The position numbers and the translations under genes were made by a program. DNA of 64,000 bases from Thermoanaerobaculia bacterium. GTDB lineage: Bacteria > Acidobacteriota > Thermoanaerobaculia > Multivoradales > Multivoraceae. Positions 1 to 10,808 of the stretch are shown here, one piece after another. The notes under the pieces were generated by a model. That model searched no databases. It was not told the origin of the DNA and saw nothing but the letters and a program-made list of their open reading frames with translations. The number at the start of each line of letters is the position of its first letter. The first letter of the stretch is position 1. The stretch spans positions 6,368,001 through 6,432,000 of the forward strand of contig OY761158.1 of the NCBI GenBank assembly GCA_963664405.1, given 5' to 3'.

Positions 1-34
1 GGTCGGCGGTTCAAATCCAGGCGCCGGGCCACCA
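1..34 (+). tRNA. 3' half of a tRNA-like sequence (possibly degenerate or an att-site remnant), cut by the window edge
   Basis: GGTTCAAATCC T-loop motif and a ...CCGGGCC-A-CCA end; the T-stem is imperfect (GGCGG vs CCAGG) and the 5' half lies outside the window. Confidence 0.5.
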
Positions 35-53
35 ACCGGCAGGCATAGCACCA

Positions 54-69
54 GCAGCCTTCGGGCTGC
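54..69 (+). terminator. GC hairpin with UUCG tetraloop downstream of the tRNA-like fragment
   Basis: GCAGCC-TTCG-GGCTGC perfect stem; no clear U-tract. Confidence 0.35.
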
Positions 70-298
70 CAGCCAGCCACGGTGCCAGCCGAATATTTCA
101 AGGAATCCTGCCCTATATAGATCCAATGATGTCAACAGGTTTACAAGTGGAGACACTGGGCCGGTGGCACCCCGGGCGGCCAGACTCGAGCGTCTCAATA
201 AGAGGGTGGCACCCTATGAGCGAAGCGAACAGGGCCATGCGGTTCTGCCGGCGGCTTGCGGCTAAACTATCGCCAATCCGTGGTAAATCGATACAAAT

Positions 299-1846
299 AT
301 GGATAGCACAATTCATATCCGTGTTCCGGATCTGGTGGTCATCTTTGTTTACCTGGCGGGCCTGGCAGCGCTGGGAATCTACTTTTCGCGGCGGAACAAG
401 ACGACGGACCAGTATTTCCTGGGAGATCGGAATTTTCCCGGCTGGGCGATCGGGCTTTCGTTGGTCGGAACCTCGATCAGCTCAGTGACCTTTCTGGCCC
501 ATCCGGCGGCGGCATACGCGCTGGATTGGCGTCAGTTTCACTCTAACTGGGCGGCGCCGGTTGGCGCGCTGCTGGCCGTTGTTTTTTTCATCCCCATCTT
601 CCGGCAAAAAGGCCGCACCACGGCCTTCGAATATCTGGAACAACGATTCGGTCCCGTGGCTCGGCTGTACGGAGCGATCAGTTTTATCGGCATTCAGGTC
701 GTTCGCACCAGTTCCATACTCTATCTGGTGGCAATTCCTATCAGCGTCTTGACGGGGCTTGACGTAGTCTGGGTGATCGTTATCAGCGGTGTCTTTATCG
801 GCTTCTATACAGTCGCGGGCGGGATTGCCGCCGTTATATGGACGGACGTCACTCAGACGATCATCCTGATCGCGGGAGGCGTCATCTGTTTGGCAATCAT
901 TGCCTGGGATTTGCCCGGCGGCTTGGTGGAAATTGTCAGCGTAGCCAACGCCCATGACAAATTCAGCCCGGGTTCGATGGCGTTCAGCCTCAGCGAAAGG
1001 ACTTTTCCCACCGTCGTTTTCTTGGGATTGTTCATTTTTCTAACCAGCTACGCATCGAACCAAAGTATTGTGCAGCGTTACATGGCGGCCTCTTCCCTAG
1101 CCGAAGCACGCAAGGCGACCTTGATCTCCGCCGGGCTCAGCTTGCCGATCTGGGCCTCGTTTTTCTTCTTGGGCACATCGCTGTTTGTGTACTACAACGT
1201 CTTCCCGGACCAAGCCGTCGCCAAATTGGAACCGGATCAGGTGTTTCCTCATTTCATGTTCACGCAGCTGCCCCCCGGTGTCGCGGGGCTGATCGTCGCG
1301 GCGGTGCTGTCGGCCGCCATGTCGTCACTCGACTCGAGCATTAACGCCAGTGCCATGGTCGGAGTTACAGACCTTGTGAAACGATATTTTGCTCCCCATC
1401 GCAAGGACGAGTACTACCTGAAGATAGGCTGGGCCCTCTCGGTTGCCTCCGCAATCCTGATGATTGGAGGCGCGATCGTGTTCCATAGCCTGCCGAAAGA
1501 AACCATCTTCGACCAAGTACTGATCGCCAGCTCTCTCTTCGGAGGCTGCCTGATGGGCATGTTTTTCATGGGGTTTTTCACAACGCGGGTAGGATACGAG
1601 GCCGTCTTGGCCGCCTTGCTCGTGGCACTTCTAGTACATTTCTATCTGGTGCTGAACACGATAAACATCTTGCCGGCATCACTACGATTGCCAATCCATG
1701 ACTATTGGGTCGGCATGTTGGTAAATTTGGCTTTCGCGCCGGCAGCCTATCTGTTGAGTTTTGCTTTTGGTCGACCTAGGTCCAAACTGGAGGGGTTGAC
1801 CGTGTGGACACAAAGAAGTGGGCCTTCCTCGACTCGCCGAGCATGA
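299..1846 (+). CDS. Sodium:solute symporter (SSS/SLC5 family)
   Basis: 515 aa polytopic membrane protein with YFLGDR, SISSVTF, GGIAAVIWTD, QSIVQRY and AAMSSLDS motifs typical of SSS transporters. Confidence 0.92.
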   Translation: MDSTIHIRVPDLVVIFVYLAGLAALGIYFSRRNKTTDQYFLGDRNFPGWAIGLSLVGTSISSVTFLAHPAAAYALDWRQFHSNWAAPVGALLAVVFFIPIFRQKGRTTAFEYLEQRFGPVARLYGAISFIGIQVVRTSSILYLVAIPISVLTGLDVVWVIVISGVFIGFYTVAGGIAAVIWTDVTQTIILIAGGVICLAIIAWDLPGGLVEIVSVANAHDKFSPGSMAFSLSERTFPTVVFLGLFIFLTSYASNQSIVQRYMAASSLAEARKATLISAGLSLPIWASFFFLGTSLFVYYNVFPDQAVAKLEPDQVFPHFMFTQLPPGVAGLIVAAVLSAAMSSLDSSINASAMVGVTDLVKRYFAPHRKDEYYLKIGWALSVASAILMIGGAIVFHSLPKETIFDQVLIASSLFGGCLMGMFFMGFFTTRVGYEAVLAALLVALLVHFYLVLNTINILPASLRLPIHDYWVGMLVNLAFAPAAYLLSFAFGRPRSKLEGLTVWTQRSGPSSTRRA

Positions 1847-2067
1847 TCGGTGGAAGCTTACGAGGGCATCTGGTTGTTTCAGGGCGACGCGTTCCCCAGG
1901 CCTCGAGGATGACCTCGCTGCCGGTGCTGCGGTTCCACGGCGCTCGCCTCCGGAAGTGATTGGTATCACTTCCTGCCGCGCGGAGTTTGCCGCGCGGAGT
2001 GGAGGAGTTGTCGACTTCGTCGCGGCGGACCCTCGATTGGGAGAGAATAGGCGCGGAGGGTCGAGAT

Positions 2068-3426
2068 TTGGAGAAGCAGCATTTCGTCGTCATGGGTGCC
2101 GGAGAGGTGGGCTTCTACCTCGCACAGACGCTCTCCAGGCAGGGTCACGACGTCGTCGTGATCGAAAGTGACCCCGGACGCGCCGCCAAGGTCGAAGCGG
2201 AGCTCGATGTCACGGTCATCGAGGGCAACGGCGCACACCTGCCCGTCCTCGAGTCGGCGAGGGTGGATCGCTGCGATCTCTTCATGGCCGTCTCTCAGAA
2301 CGACGAGTCCAATCTCGCCGCCACCCTCCTGGCCAAGAACCTGGGCGCAGCTCGGGCTGTTGCGCGCGTCGGCAACGCTGAAGAGGTCTCTGTTTATCAT
2401 CGTACCTACGAGGCTCTCTTCCGTGCCGACCTGGTGGTGTCGAGCGAGCTTCTGGCGACAACTCGAATTCTCAACTACATCCTCGGCCACAACACGGTGC
2501 AGGTCGAATACCTGGCCCAGGACAAGATCCAGTTTCGCCGCATCCGCCTCGAAGAGGACTCGCCCCTGGTCGGCAACCGGCTCAAAGATGTCGCGATGCC
2601 GGCCCAGGGCCTGGTGGTCGCCTTCTTTCGTGGCGCCGAGCTCACCATCGCCGGAGGTGATGACCGAGCCGAGCCGGGAGACCACGCGCTGGTCATCGGT
2701 CGCACCGAGGTCATCGACGAGGTCGAGAGCTTCGTCAACCCCAAGCCGCGGCGAGCAGGGAAGGTCTTCATCGCCGGCGGCGGCGCAACGGGTGCAACCA
2801 TCGCCCACGCTCTCGCCGGCAAGGTCGGCCGGCTGAAGATCATCGAGTGGAATCGCGCCCGCGCCGAGGAGCTGGCGGCGTCGCTACCGGATTGCTCGAT
2901 TGTTCTCGGGGATGCGACCGAGCAGGATCTCCTCGAGACCGAGGGCGTTGGCGAGGCCAGCGCCTTCGTCGCTGCCACCGGGGTGGACGAAACGAATCTG
3001 ATGGCCAGTCTTCTCGCCAAGGAGTTGGGCGTACCCGAGGTGATCGCGATGGTCGATCGGGCTCAGACCACCAACCTGTGGCGGAAGCTCGGCCTCGTTC
3101 ATATCGTCTCACCGCGAACTGTGATGTACGAGCGCATCGAAGGCTACATCAGCAGCGGCTACAACGCCAATATCGTTTCTCTCAAACGCGGCTCGGCGCA
3201 GGTCATCGAGCGAGTCATTCACGGCGCCAGTCCCACAGCCGGAGTGAAGCTCGTGGACATGCAGCTCCCCAAGGGTCTGCGGGTGGGTGCCGTGATCCGG
3301 GGCGAAAAGGTGTTCGTCCCCCATGGCCCGCATCGCCTCGAGATCGGCGACCGTGTCATCCTCTTCGTTGCGGAAAGTGAAGTCTCCCTCCTGACTCTGT
3401 TCTTTCCCGGCCAGGAAGCAGAGTAG
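2068..3426 (+). CDS. trkA: Trk system potassium uptake protein TrkA
   Basis: Two RCK_N/RCK_C repeats (GAGEVG, GGGATG); likely TTG start at 2068 with GGAGG RBS at 2055; directly upstream of trkH. Confidence 0.93.
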   Translation: MEKQHFVVMGAGEVGFYLAQTLSRQGHDVVVIESDPGRAAKVEAELDVTVIEGNGAHLPVLESARVDRCDLFMAVSQNDESNLAATLLAKNLGAARAVARVGNAEEVSVYHRTYEALFRADLVVSSELLATTRILNYILGHNTVQVEYLAQDKIQFRRIRLEEDSPLVGNRLKDVAMPAQGLVVAFFRGAELTIAGGDDRAEPGDHALVIGRTEVIDEVESFVNPKPRRAGKVFIAGGGATGATIAHALAGKVGRLKIIEWNRARAEELAASLPDCSIVLGDATEQDLLETEGVGEASAFVAATGVDETNLMASLLAKELGVPEVIAMVDRAQTTNLWRKLGLVHIVSPRTVMYERIEGYISSGYNANIVSLKRGSAQVIERVIHGASPTAGVKLVDMQLPKGLRVGAVIRGEKVFVPHGPHRLEIGDRVILFVAESEVSLLTLFFPGQEAE

Positions 3427-3438
3427 CGAGCTCTCCCC

Positions 3439-4902
3439 TTGAACGTTCGCCCGGTTCTTCACTTTCAGGGTCGCCTGCTGCTCTTCCTCTCCGGGGGAAT
3501 GCTCCTGCCGATGCTCTGCGCCGGGTGGTACGGCGAGATTGGCGACGTTCGCGCGTTCATCCTCTCGGCGATCGCAACATCGGGGATGAGCATGATCCTG
3601 ATGTTGGCCGGACGGCGCGGCACCGAAAATCTATATCGCAGCGAAGGCGTTTTGATCGTCGTCGGCGGGTGGGTGATCGCGTCCATCTTCGGCTCGCTGC
3701 CGTATCTCTTCAGCGGCAGCATCACCAGTCCGGTTAACGCCCTCTTCGAGTCGGCCTCCGGCTTCACCACCACCGGCTCCACGATCCTCCTCGATATCGA
3801 GTCGCTGGGCCGCGGCATGCTGTTCTGGCGGTCCTTCACCCAGTGGCTCGGTGGCATGGGCATCATCGTGCTCTTCGTAGCTCTGTTGCCCGAGCTCGGC
3901 ACCGGTGCCCGCTTTCTCTACAAGCTGGAAGTACCAGGCCCCACCGCCAAGACCCTGCATCCTCGAGTGCACGACACCGCCTCGGTGCTGTGGCGCATCT
4001 ACCTCCTCTTCACCGTGGTCGAGACCGGTCTGCTGATGCTAGCCGGCCTCGATCTCTACGACGCGCTCACCACCACCTTCTCGACCTTGGCGACGGCGGG
4101 ATTCTCGCCCTACAACGCTTCGATAGCGCACTTCGAGTCCGGGCTGGTCGAGATCGTCGTGATCCTGTTCATGCTGATCGCCGGAGCCAATTTCTCGCTC
4201 TACTACGGTCTGCGGGTTGCAGGGCTGAAGAGAGGTCTACGAGGGTTTGCCTCTGATCGGGAGTTCCTCTTCTACCTCGGCGTGGCCGCGAGCATCACCG
4301 TGATCACCTCTGCGACTCTGCTGCGCGCCGGCGTCTTCGAGGGTGTGGGCGCGAGCCTGCGCGGCAGCCTCTTTCAGGTGGTGTCGATCCTCACCACCAC
4401 CGGCTTCACCACGGTCGACTTCGATAGCTGGCCGAACTTCGCCCGCCTGTTGATCTTCAGCCTCATGTTCTTCGGCGGCTGTGCCGGCTCCACGGCGGGA
4501 GGTATGAAGTTGATGCGCCTCGTCATCGGCATGAAGTCCGCGCTGCGGGAGGTGAAGCTCATCTTCAACCCGAACGCGGTACTGGCGGTCTTTGTAGGAC
4601 GTGAGCCGGTGCCTAACGGGGTGGTGTCGAGTGTGGTTGCCTTCCTCTTTCTCTACATTGCGAGCTGGGTCGCTGGCAGCGCGTTACTGGCCATAGGAGG
4701 CGCCGATCTCGAGACTGCCGCGAGCGCGTCGATCGCCGCACTGGGAAACATCGGACCTGGACTCAACGCCGTAGGACCGACTGGCAACTTCGATTTCTTT
4801 GCCGGCTGGCAGAAGCTCGTGTTGGTGGGGCTGATGTGGCTTGGGAGGCTGGAGGTCTTTCCTCTGGCCGCCCTCGCAACGGTCGCCTTCTGGCGCCGTT
4901 GA
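3439..4902 (+). CDS. trkH: Trk system potassium uptake membrane protein TrkH
   Basis: [28 protein letters not shown] and LGNIGPG pore motifs. Confidence 0.95.
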   Translation: MNVRPVLHFQGRLLLFLSGGMLLPMLCAGWYGEIGDVRAFILSAIATSGMSMILMLAGRRGTENLYRSEGVLIVVGGWVIASIFGSLPYLFSGSITSPVNALFESASGFTTTGSTILLDIESLGRGMLFWRSFTQWLGGMGIIVLFVALLPELGTGARFLYKLEVPGPTAKTLHPRVHDTASVLWRIYLLFTVVETGLLMLAGLDLYDALTTTFSTLATAGFSPYNASIAHFESGLVEIVVILFMLIAGANFSLYYGLRVAGLKRGLRGFASDREFLFYLGVAASITVITSATLLRAGVFEGVGASLRGSLFQVVSILTTTGFTTVDFDSWPNFARLLIFSLMFFGGCAGSTAGGMKLMRLVIGMKSALREVKLIFNPNAVLAVFVGREPVPNGVVSSVVAFLFLYIASWVAGSALLAIGGADLETAASASIAALGNIGPGLNAVGPTGNFDFFAGWQKLVLVGLMWLGRLEVFPLAALATVAFWRR

Positions 4903-5033
4903 GCTCGGAGTTCAAGGGGCGCAGGGCGTGTTTTAGTGGATCGCAGAACTCGATTGCTCGAGGTGTTTGGTGCTACCGTCATGGAGTGCCGTTGCTGAGA
5001 AAATTCTTGTCCGAGGCGGGGGGAAGGATCCCC

Positions 5034-8000
5034 ATGACAAGAAGGGGGCGGCTCCGGACAGTCGCGGTGTTGCTCGCCTGCGCGGGAGGGGTGGGGGCTC
5101 CTCTAGCCGGCCAGTCCGACGATGACCGCATCGAATTGGCGGTGGCGGCTCGTGGATCTTCCGGAAGCGTTCTCGATGCCCTCGATCCGACCGAGCTCGA
5201 AGTGGCGATCGACGGAGCTCCCGTCGACGCTGAAAGGATCTCGCTGGCCGCTCCCTCGGGGCCCGTGCGCGTGGTTCTCTACATTGACCATGCGGCATCG
5301 CGTGCTTCTTCGGTGCAGAGGCTGGTGAGCTCTCTACTCGACCAGAGCGAACGCCTCTTGGACCTTCCCGAGCTCGAGATCGTCGAGGCGGACCCCGTCC
5401 CGCAGACGATGCCGCGAGTCGCCAGCGTCGAGGAGCTCGAGAGGAGTCTCAACCGTGTCTTCCTCCGTCGCGAAGACAGCGACGAGGTCGCTCAGCTGCG
5501 GTCGAGCTTCCTTGCGGAAGTGCGCAAAGGCGAGGAACCGCACCTCGTTATCGCGGAAGCTGCGTATGGGCTCGAGCTCGATTTGCGGCGAGATCAATTG
5601 GACGGCTTGCTCGAGTGGGTGGCGGCGCAGGGCCCCTCACGGGAGCCCAAGATCCTCATGCTGCTCAATGACAATCTGGGGCTCGAAGCCAAGGACTTCT
5701 ATTTGCGGGGCCTGACCGCGAGCGCGGAGGTAGTGGGCCAGTGGGCGGCCGAGCCCGATCTCACCGAGCTCGCTTCCGCGCTGGCCGTCTACGGCTGGAC
5801 TCTGGTGCCGGTTCGACCCGAGCTTGCGAAAGACGGCGGCCGCCTGAGCTACCAACCGAGTGAGGAGCTTCCGGTCGGCTTCCGCGTCGGGCTTGGCCGG
5901 CGCCCCAGGGCGGAAGCCGCTCCCAGTCAAGACTTGGGCTGGGATTTCGGTGCGGTTGCTCGGCTCGAAGAGGCCGCCGGCCTCACCGGAGGTGAAGTTG
6001 TTACCGATCTCGGGGCTCTTTCCGACTGGGTCGAGGCGTACTCTTCGAGATCCGTTCTACGCATTGCCGACGTATCTCTGCCACCTGGCGAGATGCGCAC
6101 CGTGCGAGTGGCTTCTCGAAGCTCGGGAGTGAACGTGCTGGCCCCGGGGAGGGTCGGGCGAGGGACCCCGAATAGTGTCGCTGCGATGAGGGCGCGCCGC
6201 GCGGTAGCCGGTGATTCTGGTCTTGCCGAGCTCCAAGTTCGCTCCGCGATCGAGTTCGACCCCGACCTCTTGGGCCGGCAGCCCGGCCGCTTCGAGGTAA
6301 GAGTCGACCTCTTCGAGCTCCGAGAGCGTCTTGGCCAGTTCGATCAGGGCAGTTTCAGGGTTACAGTGGCCGTGCATCTGGAGACCGAAGAGCTGCTGCT
6401 GAGGCATGAGATCGTGCGCGACGTGGATCTCAGGGGGCAGGACGAATGGCGTTACGAGGGGAGTCTCAGAGTTCCGCCCGAAACCGATGGCGCGGTGGTG
6501 CTGGTGGAAGTTCTCGAGAGTGGTGATTGGGGCGAGTCTTTCGCCTCTTTCATTACCAAGACGGTACCGACACTGGCGGCTACGAGCGAGGATCTCCCCG
6601 CTCCTCGCGGACTCCTTCCGGATCGCCGAATCATCCGGATCGAACCGCCGGCAGACGCGGTGCTGATCGGCAAGGTGCGAGTGGAGGCTGAGGCCGACCC
6701 GGCGGTGCAACGAGTCGTATTCACTCTCGACGGCGACAGAGTCGCGACGCGCCGCAGGGAACCTTGGGCGACCAACGTCGATCTCGGACCGAACCCTCGC
6801 CAGCGTCTACTCGGTGTCGTTGCCTACGGCGCCAGGGGAAAGGAGCTGGGTCGCGATACTTTGACCCTCAACGAGGTAACGAAGTCCTTCGGTGTGCGGA
6901 TCGTCGAGCCGCGGAGTGGACGCAGAGTCGGCCCGGTTGATGTCGAGGCGGAGGTGAACCTTCCGAGCCCGGCGAAGCTGGATCGACTCGAGTTCTTTTG
7001 GCAGGACCAGTTGGTGTCGACGATGCGCCGCCCGCCTTTTCGCCAGCGCCTCTTCATACCGGTGGCATCCGAGCCCGGTCTCATCCGTGTTGCGGCCTAT
7101 CTCGAAGATGGCAGGATCGCCGAGGACGTGGTCCTCATGAACACGGACCTGTTCGAGGAGCTACTCACCGTCAAGTTGGTGGAGCTCTACGCCGTGGTTA
7201 CCGACCGCTCAGGCAAGCCGGTCCGGGACCTCGAGAGAGAGGACTTCGAGATCCTCGAGCAGGGAGCTCCGCAAGAGATCGAAAACTTCTCTCGTGCCGG
7301 TGACCTTCCCATCACCGTCGGCCTTGCCCTCGACTCCTCGCTCAGCCTCTTCGTCAAGATGCCGGCCGTGCAGGAGGCTGCCGGCGACTTCGTTCGGGGT
7401 CTGATGGAGGATCGTGACCGCGCCTTCTTGGTTGGCTTCAGCTCGCGCCCGCGCGTGGTGCGGGCCACTACCTCTGATCTCGACAACGTCATCAGCGGTA
7501 TCGAGTCGCTGACTCCTACCGGGACAACGGCGCTCTGGGAGGCAGTCGTGCTTTCGTTGCTGCAGCTTCAGGAGGCTACCGGGCGCAAGGCCTTGGTGCT
7601 CTTTTACGACGGCGATGACGAGGATGAAGACTTCTCGTTTTCGACCTCTCTCAAGCTCGCCCAGAAGGTGGGCGTACCGATCTATCTCATCATCATGAAC
7701 AATTCGGCCGCTCGCAGTGGCGGCAAGAGCTTCGGCACCAAGAATCGAGCTTCACGCCTGGAGAAGATCGCCAGGGCAGGGGGTGGAAAGGTCTTCTACG
7801 TTCGAACAGATCAGGATCTCGGTGAGATTTTCACTGCGATTCGCGAGGAGCTCCGCGCCCACTACCTCTTGACCTACTACCCGAAGATCGTCGATGAAGA
7901 GGCGGCGGAGGGGGCCGAGTCAGACTGGCGGCCGATCGATCTCGTAGTCAAGCGTCCTGGTCTCGTCGCCCGAACGCTGGCCGGGTACCAGAAACCGTGA
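5034..8000 (+). CDS. Secreted multidomain VWA protein (VWFA-related, Acidobacteria type) with Ig-like middle domains
   Basis: Signal peptide after ATG 5034; C-terminal VELYAVVTD...DSSLS (MIDAS)...TALWEAV...RKALVLFYDG. Confidence 0.8.
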   Translation: MTRRGRLRTVAVLLACAGGVGAPLAGQSDDDRIELAVAARGSSGSVLDALDPTELEVAIDGAPVDAERISLAAPSGPVRVVLYIDHAASRASSVQRLVSSLLDQSERLLDLPELEIVEADPVPQTMPRVASVEELERSLNRVFLRREDSDEVAQLRSSFLAEVRKGEEPHLVIAEAAYGLELDLRRDQLDGLLEWVAAQGPSREPKILMLLNDNLGLEAKDFYLRGLTASAEVVGQWAAEPDLTELASALAVYGWTLVPVRPELAKDGGRLSYQPSEELPVGFRVGLGRRPRAEAAPSQDLGWDFGAVARLEEAAGLTGGEVVTDLGALSDWVEAYSSRSVLRIADVSLPPGEMRTVRVASRSSGVNVLAPGRVGRGTPNSVAAMRARRAVAGDSGLAELQVRSAIEFDPDLLGRQPGRFEVRVDLFELRERLGQFDQGSFRVTVAVHLETEELLLRHEIVRDVDLRGQDEWRYEGSLRVPPETDGAVVLVEVLESGDWGESFASFITKTVPTLAATSEDLPAPRGLLPDRRIIRIEPPADAVLIGKVRVEAEADPAVQRVVFTLDGDRVATRRREPWATNVDLGPNPRQRLLGVVAYGARGKELGRDTLTLNEVTKSFGVRIVEPRSGRRVGPVDVEAEVNLPSPAKLDRLEFFWQDQLVSTMRRPPFRQRLFIPVASEPGLIRVAAYLEDGRIAEDVVLMNTDLFEELLTVKLVELYAVVTDRSGKPVRDLEREDFEILEQGAPQEIENFSRAGDLPITVGLALDSSLSLFVKMPAVQEAAGDFVRGLMEDRDRAFLVGFSSRPRVVRATTSDLDNVISGIESLTPTGTTALWEAVVLSLLQLQEATGRKALVLFYDGDDEDEDFSFSTSLKLAQKVGVPIYLIIMNNSAARSGGKSFGTKNRASRLEKIARAGGGKVFYVRTDQDLGEIFTAIREELRAHYLLTYYPKIVDEEAAEGAESDWRPIDLVVKRPGLVARTLAGYQKP

Positions 8001-10750
8001 CGCGGCGCTGGATCGGGCTCTTCGTTGCCGGTTGTTTGCTCGCTCCGGTGAGCGCCACCGCGCAAAATCTCTTTCGGAGTCGTGAGCTCAGCTTTGACCT
8101 TCGGCGTGACGGTCGTGCGCCGGACTCCCTGGCGGTTTCCGACCTGCGTGTTGAGCAGGGTGGAGGGGACGCGGAGGTTCTCGAGGTTGCCCCCGCAGCC
8201 GGCCGTCTGTGGAGCCTGCTCGTCTATGTCGATGCCCTCAGTGCCTCGACGCAGGAGCTCGGGAGGGCGGCGGCGATTCTGAGCGAGGCGGCTGGGGTCC
8301 TCACCGGTCTCGGCGAGGTCACCTTGCTGGTCGTGGACGAGCTAGCGGAGCCCTGGCTCGAAGAGAGTCGCGATCGGGAAGAGCTCGAGGAAGCGTTCGC
8401 GGAACTGGCGCAAGCCCGTTTTTCGTCGCTCGACCGGGGCGCAGAGGGTTTTTTGCCTTGGCGTAGAGCGATGCTGGTGGACGCGTTGGTCGGACAGGCG
8501 AAGGAGAATCCACGGGCGGTCTTGATTGTCGGCGACGTCAACGGCGAGCGGGGGGCTTCGCCGGGACAAGAGATCGAGAATCTCGAGCGAGCTCACCTCG
8601 CGGCGCTCGCTGCGTCTTTGGACTGGGTTGCGTTTCCGTTGCACATGGCCTCCGAGGGTGGAGATGTCTTACTCTCGCCACTCGCGGCAGAGACCGGAGG
8701 CGCCGTCGCGGCAGATGCCGACGAGCTCTCGGACGAGCTGTTGCGTTTGCCGGAGCGGTTCATGGTGCGTATTCGAGAGCGTGTGGTGGGTGATGGCGAC
8801 ATCACAGCTCTGTCGATCTCGGCAGCCACGGGAGAGGTGCGTGCGGCCCGTTGGTCGGCGACAGTGAGTCCCGATGTAGTGCTGGTCTCGAGGGTCCGAA
8901 ACCATCTCCAAGAGGGTGTCGACGGTGATCTGGAGATCCGGAGCAGCGGCGCGTTAGAGAGCGACGCCAATGGCGAAGAGGAGCTGAAGCTCGAGATCCT
9001 GACCGACCTTTCCTCGCTTCCCCCGCTTCAACGCTCTTTCTTGGATGTGGCCGACGGAGCTCGCGGTTTCCATTCTTCGTCACGGATGCGAGTCAGTCTC
9101 ATGCTCGACATCATCGATCAATCGCCGTTCATCATGCATCTCCGTGGCCGCGGAGCGCGGCTCTCGGGCTCCGCCGGGTGGTTGGTCCAAGTGCGGGCCC
9201 CGGTACCGGAGGATCTTCAGCATGTCGTTGCCATCGTCGAGGATCTGGGGAGCGGTCAATGGGGAGTCGCAGAGGTCGATTTCGAGGGCGACTTGCTGGG
9301 AATACTCGATGCCGAGACGGTGGTCGAGGCGATCGATCTGCGCCCTCTCTATGGCGCGGCTCGGGGAGCACAGACTGCAGCTGCCGGCGATGCCGAAGCC
9401 AAACTGATCGAGCTGATTCCTCCTCGTGCCCACGATCTCACCGGTCCGCAGCAGTTCCGCACCATGGCTCTCAACGCTTTCATCCGTCGCGTGGTCTTCT
9501 ACCTCGATGGCAAGCAGGTGGGAGAGGACGAGAGGAAGCCTTTCTCTGCGCGGATCGATCTGGGCTCAGAGTTGAAGCCCCAGGAGATTGAAGTCGTTGC
9601 TTACGATCGAGCTGGGGGTGAGATCAGTCGCGACAGCTTGATCGTCAACCGGGGCCGTAGCGCGTTCGAGGTCGAGCTGACTCGGGTTGAGGGAGATCCG
9701 ATCGATGGCTTGCTGCAGGTTGCGGTAGACGTCACGGTTCCTCTCGAGCGTTCGTTGGAGCGGGTCGAGCTGTGGTGGAACGACAGTTTGAAGAAAACCT
9801 TCACCCGGGGTCCCTTTGCTGCCGACATCGAGGTGCAGGGGACGGGCGGTGCCGACTTCGTTCGCGCCGTGGCGTATCTCGACGACGGCAGCAGCTTCGA
9901 AGATGTCGAGCTCTTCGGCGTCAGTGGAGGGATGGAGGAGGTAGAGGTCAACCTGGTCGAGATCTACGCGGTGGTGACCGACCAGCAGGGGGTGCCGCGA
10001 CGCGATCTTTCCCAAGAGGAGTTCAGTGTCAGGCTGCGCGGCGACGAGGTTCAAATCGAGCGCTTCGGGCTGGCGGAGGACATCCCCCTGGCGATGGGTT
10101 TGGTGATCGACACTTCGCAGAGCATGGAGGCCCTGATGCAGGACACTCGCATTGCTGCAATCCGGTTCCTCAGCGATGTGGTGACCGAGGCCGATCGTTC
10201 ATTCTTGGTCGACTTCGACAGTCAGCCGCGTCTAGCGCAGGCGATGACCCAGGACCTCGGAGAGATGGTCAGGGGGCTCGGTACCATGCGCGCCGGAGGC
10301 TTTACCGCCCTCTACGACTCGATCATCTTCTCGCTCCTCCAATTCGACGAGCGAGAGGACCGAAGAGCGCTCATCCTGCTTACTGACGGTGACGACTACA
10401 AGAGTCGCTTCAGCGCCCGGCAGGCCTCCCTGCAGTCGCGAGCCATCGGGGTCCCGGTCTACATCCTTTCCCTCGCTCAGCTCGACTCCTTCCGCCTCGC
10501 TCAGCGCAAGGCCGATCTCGAAGCGATCGCACGCCAGACAGGAGGCCATGTTTTCTACGTTTCGTCTCGCGAGGAGCTTTCACCCGCCTACGCCAAGATC
10601 GGAGCCGAGCTGCGCAGCCAGTACCTACTCGCCTTTTCAACCCCACAAGAGCTCAGCGAGAAGGACCTGCAGAAGATCGAGGTCAAGGTAAGAGGACGAG
10701 GCCTCTCGATCCGCGCCGTCGTCGGTGGCCGGTCAGTTCAGACCCGCTGA
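7997..10750 (+). CDS. Second secreted multidomain VWA protein, paralog of the upstream gene
   Basis: GTGA overlap with the upstream stop; signal peptide; VEIYAVVTD...DTSQS...TALYDS...RRALILLTDG. Confidence 0.82.
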   Translation: MTRRWIGLFVAGCLLAPVSATAQNLFRSRELSFDLRRDGRAPDSLAVSDLRVEQGGGDAEVLEVAPAAGRLWSLLVYVDALSASTQELGRAAAILSEAAGVLTGLGEVTLLVVDELAEPWLEESRDREELEEAFAELAQARFSSLDRGAEGFLPWRRAMLVDALVGQAKENPRAVLIVGDVNGERGASPGQEIENLERAHLAALAASLDWVAFPLHMASEGGDVLLSPLAAETGGAVAADADELSDELLRLPERFMVRIRERVVGDGDITALSISAATGEVRAARWSATVSPDVVLVSRVRNHLQEGVDGDLEIRSSGALESDANGEEELKLEILTDLSSLPPLQRSFLDVADGARGFHSSSRMRVSLMLDIIDQSPFIMHLRGRGARLSGSAGWLVQVRAPVPEDLQHVVAIVEDLGSGQWGVAEVDFEGDLLGILDAETVVEAIDLRPLYGAARGAQTAAAGDAEAKLIELIPPRAHDLTGPQQFRTMALNAFIRRVVFYLDGKQVGEDERKPFSARIDLGSELKPQEIEVVAYDRAGGEISRDSLIVNRGRSAFEVELTRVEGDPIDGLLQVAVDVTVPLERSLERVELWWNDSLKKTFTRGPFAADIEVQGTGGADFVRAVAYLDDGSSFEDVELFGVSGGMEEVEVNLVEIYAVVTDQQGVPRRDLSQEEFSVRLRGDEVQIERFGLAEDIPLAMGLVIDTSQSMEALMQDTRIAAIRFLSDVVTEADRSFLVDFDSQPRLAQAMTQDLGEMVRGLGTMRAGGFTALYDSIIFSLLQFDEREDRRALILLTDGDDYKSRFSARQASLQSRAIGVPVYILSLAQLDSFRLAQRKADLEAIARQTGGHVFYVSSREELSPAYAKIGAELRSQYLLAFSTPQELSEKDLQKIEVKVRGRGLSIRAVVGGRSVQTR

Positions 10751-10808
10751 GCGCAGAGCGAGAGGGACGCCGCGAGACGTCTGATTCGGCTTGCACTAAA
10801 ATACCTAT

